Below are positions 13,201 through 25,200 of a DNA stretch of 64,000 bases, one piece after another. Position 1 is the first letter of the stretch; each line of letters opens with the position of its first letter. The stretch comes from Ophelia neglecta (lineage: Eukaryota). A program made the translations under genes and the position numbers. The notes beneath the pieces are model-generated. The model was not told the DNA's origin, made no database searches, and was given only the letters and a program-made list of their open reading frames with translations. Location: positions 50,592,001 to 50,656,000 of the forward strand of contig OZ260666.1 of NCBI GenBank assembly GCA_965285935.1. Reading direction: 5' to 3'.

Positions 13201-16200
13201 TACTGTCTTTACTATGCAGGAGTCTGACTGATGATGGCTGTAGTTTCTGAAGTACATACAATGCGAGCAACTGTTGAAAAACAACTATATCACATAGTTT
13301 TTCTTTTTTTATGCTAATGTACCTGAAGATGCAGGCATCTTGGTTGTTGTAACTGGTGTCATTTTCTGGTGACAAATATATATGACTATTGTGGTAGCCC
13401 GCGAAATCGTCTATATTCACCACATAATCAAATTCATCTGGCTCCGACATTAGATAATCGAACGCAGACTTTACGTTAATTTTCAAACTGATTTCCTTCG
13501 TTATGCACTTAAATCCAAAACGAATGTAGAAGTAGATATTTCCAGTGCACTTCACTACAGAACAGTTAGCATCAATTCAGAATCATAGCCTGCCCATCAC
13601 TGTCTCATTACTTCCAATATGCTAAATCGTTTGTGCAGAACTATACAAGATTTTGCCCTGTACGTTGTCCCTATAGTAACACACTTGGTTGCACAAGAAA
13701 ACTACCAATGAATTTCCGTTAAGCACATCTTCAGGTGGACATTTGAAGATCCTATGAGTTAGACCTGGTGCTGAATCTACGAGATATATTCCAAGTGTGA
13801 ATGATACTTTTGGCCGGTAGATAGGAGCTGTGTTGGCGGAGGGCCTGGTTGGCTGGCTGACAAGCTACCCTAGCACTGTCTGAGATATGAATGGCGAAGG
13901 GAAGTCACAGACGGGTGACAGACCTCTTGATCAGAAAAGGAATGATGACGGGGGCATAGGCCATTCATCAACACTTTACCATTATCAAATAATAAAAAAA
14001 CAGTAAAATTCCTTTAAAGTATTATGCAATTGTTTTCACCGGATGGATTATTATTATTAAAGAAAGAGGTGTGTCTTTTTATGTTATACAAACAAATGTT
14101 AATATTATTTCTAACATGTGTTTCAGTATGGGGATGGAATGCCCCCTGATTCTGTAGTGACTAACTCTAATAGTATTTGAAGTGCGCGTAAATGCCCTTT
14201 GATCGCGCTGACTTGTGTGTCGACAGCCTGTAGATCAGCCACCCGTGAAAACGAGATGTGCAAATAGTCTGCACCAGTTAGAATTGCCATTCAGTATTAA
14301 GATGCTATTTGATGATGTTTTGACTGTTTTTCTGAAGGTAATTTACCCTGAATGGGATTCCTGGGATGCTACACGAATGGTCCCCTACATGGTTATGTGA
14401 ACTCCCACTGTTTATGCTTCTATCTTGGGACTATAAAATGTTCTAATTCATACCCTCACAAAGGCAGTGTAACAATAAGCTGACCTAATCAGCGAGGTGT
14501 TAAATGTCATTTTGTGGTTTCTTAAATTGCAAAATAAAATCATTTTGTTTACACAAAGAAAACGAATTTAGCTTTCAGTGCGCTAGAAGTGCACGTGTGA
14601 TTGAAAATAGTAAGAGCAGTCATCGCGACAAGGCCATCGGAAACGAGAATGTCCAGTTTTAATGTCTTGTACAGTATAATTGGGGATTATGTCTTAAGGG
14701 AAGCCCGGGGATCCAACAATGTAAATATTTCTGTGTTGATAGTGCCTATACCAATTAACTATATAGCCGTTAATTCTGTTGGCGCCCCAAAAGTCTATTT
14801 AAAAAACAATACTGGTACATATTATTTCTTTGACCTTTTCGTTTCACACACACACTGTAGATTAATGAAATCATTCTGCTAATTTGCAGAGATATTCAAA
14901 TGCTGCGTCCTTTTTTATCATAATCAGCAAGGATAAATCAATGTACTTTGAAATTAAGATGGGTGCTTTAAAGATAAAGGAAATTCACTGATGAGTTTCA
15001 AACTGACATTGCTTTTGTTAAAAATGTCATGATAAAGAATTCATTCATTCAGATCACGTAATAAAAGTCACATGTAAGCCCAGGCCCCGTGAACTCTGTT
15101 TTATTTCATTTCAAAGGTTTTTCTTTTAAAAAAAATGAGGCAGTGACAAACTCATGTTTGGATGTCACAGGAAGGGGTGAATCTACAATTCATTAGCTGT
15201 CGACAAAAATGAATAAACTAAAACATACTGACTTCACACTAAAACAAATCTTAGTTCACATATACCTTGATCGTCCTTCGCTCAAATTTTTAATCAAAAT
15301 GACGATTTATAAAATAGAATACATTCACTGTTGATGTATAAATACGTATCAATATGACTTTTTACCAGCATGTCAGTTTTTTATGCCGGCATAACAATTG
15401 GCTAGGGGATGAAAATATTCCGTTACGCGTATGAACTTAATGCAAACTCATATTAATATATTCGTTATTTTCAATATGTCCCCTTGACCAGTTTACTTGG
15501 CAAAAACAGTTAACTGATAACGAAGTAAAGATGTTCAACTGAAAAGTGCAGTAGGAAACAACCCTTTTTTAATGGACCAAGAGCTAATAAAATGCTCTAA
15601 ATTTTACACTACATAGATGAATGAACTTATGCTGAAAGAACCCTTCATCCAGGGACATACCTTTGGGCGACTATAGAACGTAGTATGTTCCACTTGTTCT
15701 TGAGATCATCGAGCATGTTGGAGAGAATATCTCTCTCTTGGTCAGTTTTAGTACACCTATCCTTCAGACTACGACCAAGGCGCATGGTCGAGTAGAAACT
15801 CGGGTGTTTTGCCGCCATCTGGTGTTGGAAATACTGCAAAAGGGGCAAGATCATTATTGCTCGGAAGAAAAGGAATTACATTGTAGGTGTTCAATATATT
15901 GGTGGTGCCAAATGAAATTAAATCTTCTCAACATGTTTATGGTTTCTTAGTTTTTCATTTGCAGACCTTACGGGCAACTCAAAGTTAATAAAACATATAA
16001 TTCGACTGTCTATTATACAATTATCAGTAATTTGGCGTCTATGAAACGCGACTTATCGCAGTACAATTTCCTCCAATGTGGCGACAGATGCAACTATTAC
16101 AAAACATGCACCTAGGTGAATCCAGAAAAATGTCTATAAACCGAGCAAGATTGAAATTAAAGTATACATAAAATTCAGCACAGTATATATGTAGCTTAAT

Positions 16201-19200
16201 TAATGAAAACAAGCGATTTGATTAATAAAAAACAAGCTTAAGACTTAGACCTACGCAGATATAACCTGTTGCTACTTATATAACACGGAGGAAATGTACC
16301 ATTAAACAACCGAGAACTTAACAATGAAAGCAGACAAAACATTTAAGTATCAAGCCACTAAACACGAACTGATTCCATTGTAAACAAACACTACGAGCTA
16401 AAACATAAATGGAGAATAGTATACAAACCTCAAAATGTTCAAAAGATGCCTACAGATTAAATAGGATGCAACGATTCAGTCTTACACTCACTTATTGGTA
16501 CTAACATTATTTGACAACGTAACAAATACGAATAACTGAGTATCATAACTAAAAAAAAATTCATGCGTATAAGTTTAATAGTCTACTAAACTTAAACAAA
16601 AGCTTCAGTGGATAATAAATAAATATATATTCTAACATACAGAGACATGCAAAGCACGTGGTATAAATAAAACAGGTAATTCTCTGCATTCTTGTGATAC
16701 AACATACAAAGGGACAGGGAGGGGGGGGGGGGGGCTCTATTTCCGGTGCATTTTGGACATCCATGCATTTAGACTTGTCTACTATTATAGTTACCTTAAG
16801 CTCGTCCATGTCTTGTTTGACTTTAGATGGCGCTGCATTCGTGTATTTCTTTAACTTCCGCTCTCCATCTTCCAACCAATCACAGAGTCCCTTCCAGGCG
16901 TCATGAAACTATTAAAACAACATAACACTATGTTGGGTATTCGGCGGGTTAGTTCAATTTTAATATAATAAAGTATAACCGGCAAATGTTGGCTCATATC
17001 CAGATGGAGGTTCTAGATCTTACTCGTTTGTCTTCTTTATGAGCCTGTTGCAGTATTCTTCCTTTTTCGTCTGTTCTTCTGACCAGCTTCTTCCATCGTA
17101 GTTTGATTGATATCAGTAAGTTTTTAATGTAAACCGTGTCCTGCTTACGACCGAAGTATTTCAGGTAAGTGCCTGTCCTGTCCAGATTCTGCATGATCTC
17201 TCGATGTGCTTCAACGTCACTTCGGAAATCCTGAAAAGCATGACACTAACTTGAAGACGCAAATTCCAGACTAGAAGAAATTAATAGACATTTGATACAA
17301 CTGTAAACGTTTTAGTTTCGTTTGGTACTGCTTTAAGACACACTCACCCTGTGGTCTTGTATCTGTTTTAGAACCCTCTCGACTAGTTTGCTGGGATATT
17401 TAAAAGACCCTAGTACTTTCTCGGCATTGCTTAACCAGTCGGTGTGGATTTTTAACATGGCATGGAAGTCCCTCACGTTATTCAGATGCTCATCTAGTTT
17501 TCTCTGTAGGAATAATTAAAATGTAACTAGTTAGTACACGTTTACCGATGAATGATATTTCATACACTGGTAGTCTGTATATTCTAAGATATCAACTATG
17601 AAGCCCTATAGCTACGAGAAAAGGCTTATACCAACCTTCCTCCTTTCCGCCTTGTTCCGTGTGTCGAACATTTTTGTTTGCAGACGACTGAGATTCTCTC
17701 GCAAACTAATGGCGTCTTCCTCCCGACAACGGGCCAACATGTCTTCTCCGTTCAGTAACAGGGCTCTTCCTTCGTCTTCTTTGAGCTGTAACTCTCCATA
17801 CTTTGCCTGCACATTTTTGTGAAAAGTCATTACAACGTGGCATTATTAGCAATGAAAATGGGAAACGGCGGAAGGGAGAATGTAAAATATAATTATACTG
17901 TTTTGTACAAGCATATGGTGATTATAAAATTACTAAGCCGACTTGGGCAAACTTTCGGAATCAGTGTACCGGTAATTACCATAAACTTATCGAACTGTTT
18001 CTGCGCTGTGTCTGGCAGCGCTCCCATGGGACTGCTGGTGCGCAGGTCCACCCGGAACTCGTTCATCCACCTCAACAGATCCTCTACGTCTCCCATAAAG
18101 CCCTTCACTTCCTTAAGTCGGTCATGGAGCTCGTTCTGTTTATCGCGGGCCATCACATTTACAGTGTTGAATATCTCGTTTAGCTCCTCCATTTTTTCTT
18201 TCAATGGTGCATCCTTTTGCCCGGAACGTTCGACAAACTTGTCAACGGCCGTATTCAATTTCTTGATGGTTGGTTCGGCGTTAAGCATATCTCTTTGCAT
18301 CATCTAGGTCAGGAAAAGAGGTCATTGACCATGAGTTAAATATATCAATGATACAATATCTCACAGAAATCAAAGGAGTATTTAGTTACGCTTGCTTTTG
18401 GGGACATTGTTTGTGTACTGACTTTTATTTTTTTGAGATGGGTTTCTATGTATTTGGGATCGCCGTAGACGTAGTCTACTTGTGAGAGATCGGCCTCAGC
18501 CTGGGCCAGGAAGCCAAGAATGTCTTCTATGGCGTGGTCCAACTCTCCTAGCTGGATTAGAGAATCCTTCAACTGACGCTGAAAACAATTGAAATAGTTT
18601 GTTAACAAGGAGTGCAATAAAAACACTATTAACGCAGTATTTGTAATTTCAATATCAATCCTCAAAGTGAGAACCACTTATTTTTTTCCCGAGTTTAGAG
18701 TTTTTCTTTTATCTTTTGTATATGCCCACCCACCTCTCTGTCGGCGGTGTTGCGGAGCACATTGTTCCACCGCTCATTGATTTCCTTCACCTGGGGACTG
18801 AGGCCCTCGGCGGTAACGGGGCTGGCGTTCTTCAAATCGCTGGCATACTGGTTCAGGTTCTGAATGTCCACAAAGCGAGGGTTGGTGGTTACTTTGAACA
18901 CCTGCGTAAGAAAAGGATGAAAGTAATTATTCATTGGTGGACTGACAGATATATTCACTGAACAAATGCGCTGATTCACTTGTCTTTGAACAGTACACAG
19001 AAAAGAGACATCAATATGCTGAAGAAATAAATACCAATAAATACATTGACTTTATTAATTACTAATAGGATCCAAACATTCAGACTACACTACTTAGTGT
19101 TCATCCTTATTTGCATTTAATCAACAGTAATAGATACACATTACTGATTGATCGAGACATTTGTATGATGTGCACGATATAATATTAACTATGAAATTGT

Positions 19201-22200
19201 GAACACATATAGACCATTATGACCAGAACAAATAAAACAAAAATAAATTAAGGAACACGCCATGATGGGATCCAAAAAAGAATAAACTCAATAAAGTAGC
19301 GTGATTATATGTATGGTGAAGTTCTTTGAGGTGAGACAAACCTTTAGTTCTTCGATCTGAATGCGTACAGATCTCGGATCAGCTGACACTGGCGACATGT
19401 TGGAGAGTTTCTGCTCGGCTTTAGGTAGCCATGATGAGATAGTCTGTAGCAAAGGACACGATGAGACACGACACACAGGAAACAACTTAACTATCGAGGG
19501 CACTTAACATACTTATATCTAATACACACTTATGGTTACTGTTGGTGGGATGGTCCTTTACGTTGCAAAACATATATAAAATATGGACCAAACAAGAAAA
19601 ACCTCCATGATTAGAAATGCATCCGTGTATGAAACCCCCACGTATGATAACACACGATAATACAGTGAACTTAGCCCAAGAAACATACCTGGAGAACCTG
19701 GTCGAATTTCTGAGCCCTGTCTAAAGCAGTTTCGAGCTCCTCGTCTCTGTCTTGGATACTGTCGTGGATCTCTTCCAACATGTTATCAACATCCTACACA
19801 ATAAATATAATACAAGGTCACCGGTGACATGCAGATACAAGGTGAGTATATGAACAATCTTGGTGGTTGCTTTAGAGCAAGGTGCGATTGAAGCAACCGC
19901 GATATGATGAGGGTCTTCTCACCTCGAGATGTTTCTGTATTTCCATGCGACCAGGCACCCCACATAGAGAATTGAGGTGTTCCGCCGTCTTCCTGGCCTC
20001 AGAGATGGGATACTCGGCACGGTTCAGATCATCCTTGATTTGCTTTATAAATAAATAACATCAAATACAGCCTACATCCCTTACTATACCCTTTTAAGTG
20101 CGATTTCGATCAGTTTAATTTAAAACTGTGAAATATAAAGTAAAATCGATTTATCTAAGCTGGGTATACGTAAGACCTATCTATACCTCCAGTTCACGTT
20201 GTTGTTCCTGGATTGTCTGCGGATCGACTCCAGGTGAATCTTGTGACATTAGGTTGTCCTGTATGTCCCGGAGTGCCTGTACGGCGTCTTGCCAGTCGTG
20301 GCCGAACTTCTCTGCCACCCCGAGGGCCTCCTCCAAATCCCCCGAGCGAGCACGGGTCTGCTGGCGAATGTTTTCCTGGAGGGTATCCATATCCTGCAGC
20401 TTGGAGCGGAGGTCCTGGACTGTAAAGACAATTAAAATAGTACACGCTTTACATCTTCACGTACAATATAGTCAAGTTAACGCGTGTGTTCTATATATTT
20501 CCTAGGCCTATTTAAAACAGGCGATGATATCTGATGCGAAATACACGTTAGTCATAGTGTGTTGATGTTGAAAGTTTACGTACAATCTTCAATGTGTTCA
20601 GGAGGTTCTCCTTCTAATATACGACCAACTGCATCTTTGGTGTTCTGTATTGCCATCTGTCTTCTCTCTAGGTCATCAACAACACCCTGCAATAAACGAC
20701 AAAAGAGTCCACATCACCTCTGTATTGATATATACTCTGAAAATATGTATACGTGTTGGGAAATATGCTTACATTATTTTCGGATATCTGTTCCTTCAGA
20801 GCATGTGTATTGGCTGCAATAGGATCTGCATGCTCGACCTGATCGTTCAGGTAGTGTAGTTCTTCCAGCAGTCCATCGAGGGTGTCTCCGACCTACAAAT
20901 ACCATTCTTGTTTATAATTGGTCCAGCCTTCCATATTTCATTACCTCATATCATAGTGAATGCTTCTCTTAATGAAATTCGATTGCCGGCCAGACAACTT
21001 GATCATTTAAACACGTTCATCTTCAAGTATTCACCTCCGATGTGCTGCTTCTGAAGGCCTCGTCCAACTGGTTGAGTTTCTCGCGGACGGCTCCCTTCAC
21101 CTCGTCATACTTGGCATGGACATTGTCCACATCCTCCTTGATGTCACTCGCGTCCTCGTCAGTACACATTTCCATCAGCTCGTGTCCAGTGCTCACTAGG
21201 TCCTCAAGTAATGGCTTGTGGTCTTCTATGATACGCTGTGTGGTCTGAAAGGTAGCATGTAACATCGATAGTTAGTCTTAAAGTGCAGGCCAAACAGGTG
21301 TTTCGAAAGTGCAAAGTTAACGAATAATAAGATAGACAAAAACATCCACCTTTATCGTAAATATATGTGTGTAAAGGAGATGAGTAAGTACAGCGGAAAG
21401 GTAAGGAATAGATGGTGTAAGGAGAATAGTGAAGATCTTGTTTGGGGTAGAATTCCTGTTAGTAAATTTGTATTCAAACTAACTCCTGGAGGACCCTAGC
21501 TACATCTATCTAAACCCCCAATTGCTCCTTAATCCAGACTTATTATATTGTGACAATGCTAATGCTATCCTAAATAATCGTGATTGACACTTGTTGAGAC
21601 ATTCTTGGGCAGCCTAAATGATGATGGTTGGAATTGTTTTATACATTCTCGGGCTTATACCTGAAGGTACTCCTCGAATATTTTTGCGAGTCTTTCAGTT
21701 TCTTCATCTGGTTCGTCTTTTCCTTCTAATATAATACCAAGTGACTCGCTCACCACACTGCCTCCACTTGTCAGCCTCGGTCTGGTAGGAAACGTAAAGT
21801 AACCAAGGCTCCCCTGTGAGTGGCTGAGATCCATGAAAGGTTCAGGACTCCTTGGGTGAGAGCAACCCTCGTCCAGACTTGAGTCATTCCAGCGTACTTC
21901 TGAGAATACATCAGAATGGCGGGACCTGATTGGAATTCGTGAGGGTTTTGTAGGAGTGTTTGGAGGAGCCGACAGTTCAGGACCGTCTAGAGCTAAATGT
22001 AAAGCTGTAGGTATGTTTAAACTAGCGGTTTGAACGGCTGTACTGAGATCAACATATAAAACCATATCGTCATTTCGGGCCCTGGTTATGTTTTCAATAT
22101 TGCTGTTGGGTGAATTTCTAAATCTATGCCGTTGTGATGTGGGAATACGGGATGGTTTAGATATCGGCCAATTATTCTTTTTATCACCAGATCCAGCTTC

Positions 22201-25200
22201 TTTATCCTTGTGACAAGATTCTGTTGTTTTGGGGGGATCCAATGAGTTATTTTTGTCGAGATCAATCTGCAAATTCGCGGGTGCATTCACTAATTCTGGC
22301 TTTACTGCAATGCATACATTGACATTAACCGCTTCTTGTTCAAGTTGGTAATACGAATTGTTAGTCCGAATAGGATTTTCCTCGTCTTCATTAATACCCA
22401 GACCCATTGTATCAGGATTTTTAATAACAACCGCTGGTAGTATCAGAGGAAAAACCTCTTTCTTGGCTATATTCTTGTAAGTAGCTTCAGCGACTAGTAA
22501 ACTGCTTTGAGTACTCTTTTTATTGATTTCAGTCATACCCTCCTTCCTGTCAAAATGGTTTTCTTGAACACCTAAGTAACTATCCGTGCCCAAGAGCTGG
22601 TGTATCATTTGAAATGTTTCGATCGTACTTTCTGTGCTCTTAGGGAGAAGATATACTGCATCATCTTTGTCACTATTGTCAGTGTTGAGATCGTCCACAT
22701 TTCGGCCACCGCGAAACGACGGATTTTCATTTTCTGCTATGTAAGTGGAATTTTTTCCCGTGGCCTCGTCACCAACGACATTTACCGTTTCAAGTACAAT
22801 ATGTTTATATTGGGAGTCAAAATCGTCTCCGATGATCGCTTCCATATTTTTTGTTGCATGCAAAATATCCTGTATATGACTGTTCATTATTTCCACTCCT
22901 TGTTCCATAACGACCACAGCACCAATGTCTAGGTTGACAGGTAAGGGTTGGTTAGCGTTTGAATGGATTCGGTCAGAATCATCAGATTTGACCTGAGCAA
23001 CAGGGGCAGCAATTCCAACGTCGCTTTCTCGTCGTTCGTCGTTTTCGTTATAGGTAGTTATGCGTGCTTTATCAGTGAATGATTCATCGAGTCCCTCAAT
23101 ACCCAAGATGGTAACTTCGATGTTCTCTCCCTCATCCAAAATGTTACTACCTTCCTCATTATCAGATTCATTTTCACAACTTTCTTCATTACTATAATGA
23201 TCATCATTGAGTTTACTCGCTTTTAGTGCTGACGAGATATTGGTAAGGCAACCGTTGCCGTTTGTTATATTTGGCTCAGTAAATGCAAATCTATCACACG
23301 TTTCAATCGACCCGGCCAAGATTTTGTCACCAAGAGCAGCCACCAACTTATCGGCTTCACGAAAGCCCGAAAGAAATTGGCCGCCTGATGGAACAAATTG
23401 ACGTTCATCCTCTAGTTCTGCGTCTACAGCAGGCCGCTCTGCCTGCACCACAAACATAGCATTATTATGATCATTACAGTTATAGTTTAGTTTCTGATCT
23501 CTTTCATTGCCATGAAGATATTCGTCCATTACAACATGCGTTGTTGCGCCTTTCTTAGATTCACCATTTTCCATAGAATCAGAGTAGTCACCTTTCCTAC
23601 CGTCGGTTTTGTTTCCGTGGCAGATGGCGTTGTTTGATAATTCTAATTTCGAGACATCGAGTTCTTCTGTTCCTAACCCAACATGATATTCCTCCGACAT
23701 ACCTGATATGTCGATGTTTTCTGATTGTGGTTTCGTCTTTGCTTCAGGCTGACATCCATAAAGAAGAATGTGATCAGGTTCGTCATTCTCGGTAGAATCA
23801 GCGTAGTCAACATTCCAACTGTCGGTCTTGTTTTCGTGACTGTCGGTCTTGTTTTCGTAATAATCTCTCTTTAATAATTGTAATGGAGAAATATCATGTT
23901 CTTCAGTTCATACTCCAACTAGACATTCCTCCGACATGCTTGGAATGTCAACGCTTCCTGAATGTGGCTTAGTCGATAATTCAGGTTTACCTTCATAGAC
24001 AGAAATAGTATTAATGCTTGATTTATAACCGTTATTGTGTTCCCCATACTGGCTGTCACTGCCCTGTTTTCCATGGGAACCAAAGGAGGCTCCCTCTGAG
24101 AGGTTTTTAATATTAGGAACAGGGGATAAGACATCTATTTCGCCAGAAAAGACATCATTGTTGTCCTCATAACACACATCACAAGCTTGTCCTATCGCAT
24201 TCATTCTATGTGTTTTATTCTCATCATCGTATACACTGCTGTCTTTGTCGTTGAATCTACTAGCCACATTCATGTCACGTAAAACGCCTACCTCCCGTTC
24301 CTCATTATCTTCACTGGAAGCGGGCAGTCCATCACTGTCGTGTCTCAAATCACATTCTGATTGCGGGTTAAAATATGCTGCAGTTGTTCGTTCTCCTGGT
24401 TTTTCTTGGAGGACTGTGATAATGCTCTTCTGCTTTTCGTTATGCGTACCCCCTATATGATCACAGCTCTGGTTTGGTACCTCCTGTATTAGCATGTTAT
24501 CTGTTATCACATCTGTCTGTTTGTCAAGAACTGTCAGCAAACTAAGTGATGAAGTTTTGATCCCAGCTACTAACTTTCTTTCGTAAGGTTCAGTAACTGG
24601 CTTTTCCACTTCACTGGTGTTCATATCCTCCACTTCTTCAGAAGAAACAAGATCCATCGCCGTTTTTAATCTATAAGCAGCATTCTGGTGGTCTCTCTCA
24701 TACTTCTCGGGGCTCCTAGAACCATCAATGCCATTGTCCTCGTCGTCATCGTTCCCACTGTCATGTTTGAAGGCTATGTTGCAGTAGTCATTCAATGCAT
24801 TGCGGTATGCATCATTTGAGGGCGAATTATTTAGCGTTGCATCTACTCGTTCATTTTGGCCATCTGACACATCAAGTACATTTAAGTTTACTTTACTTCT
24901 CTTCTCAGAAGTAGTTTTCGAATGCGTTACATGCTGAACATCAATATTTTGTACAAACTCTTCAACAGGTGAACTACTATTGTTTTGTTTTTCGCCAGAG
25001 TTAGTAAAGCGATCTCCGTAATTATCTTCTATTTTTAATTGACCATCTTGAATAGCACTATCAAAACAGACACCAGTTGAGCATATATCTATGTCACTCG
25101 GTGAGGTTGTCTTTTCTACAAACACGCAAATATTTACACATTCGTCAGTACTATCTTTTTCCAATGTTTCATTGGACTCGGAAATAATTGTTCCACTTAT

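Noticed and set aside
23908-23910. TGA as selenocysteine
   Set aside because: The aligned codon in the repeat copy is Gly, not Cys, the region is disordered, and I identified no SECIS by eye. SECISearch on 2800-3896 would settle it.
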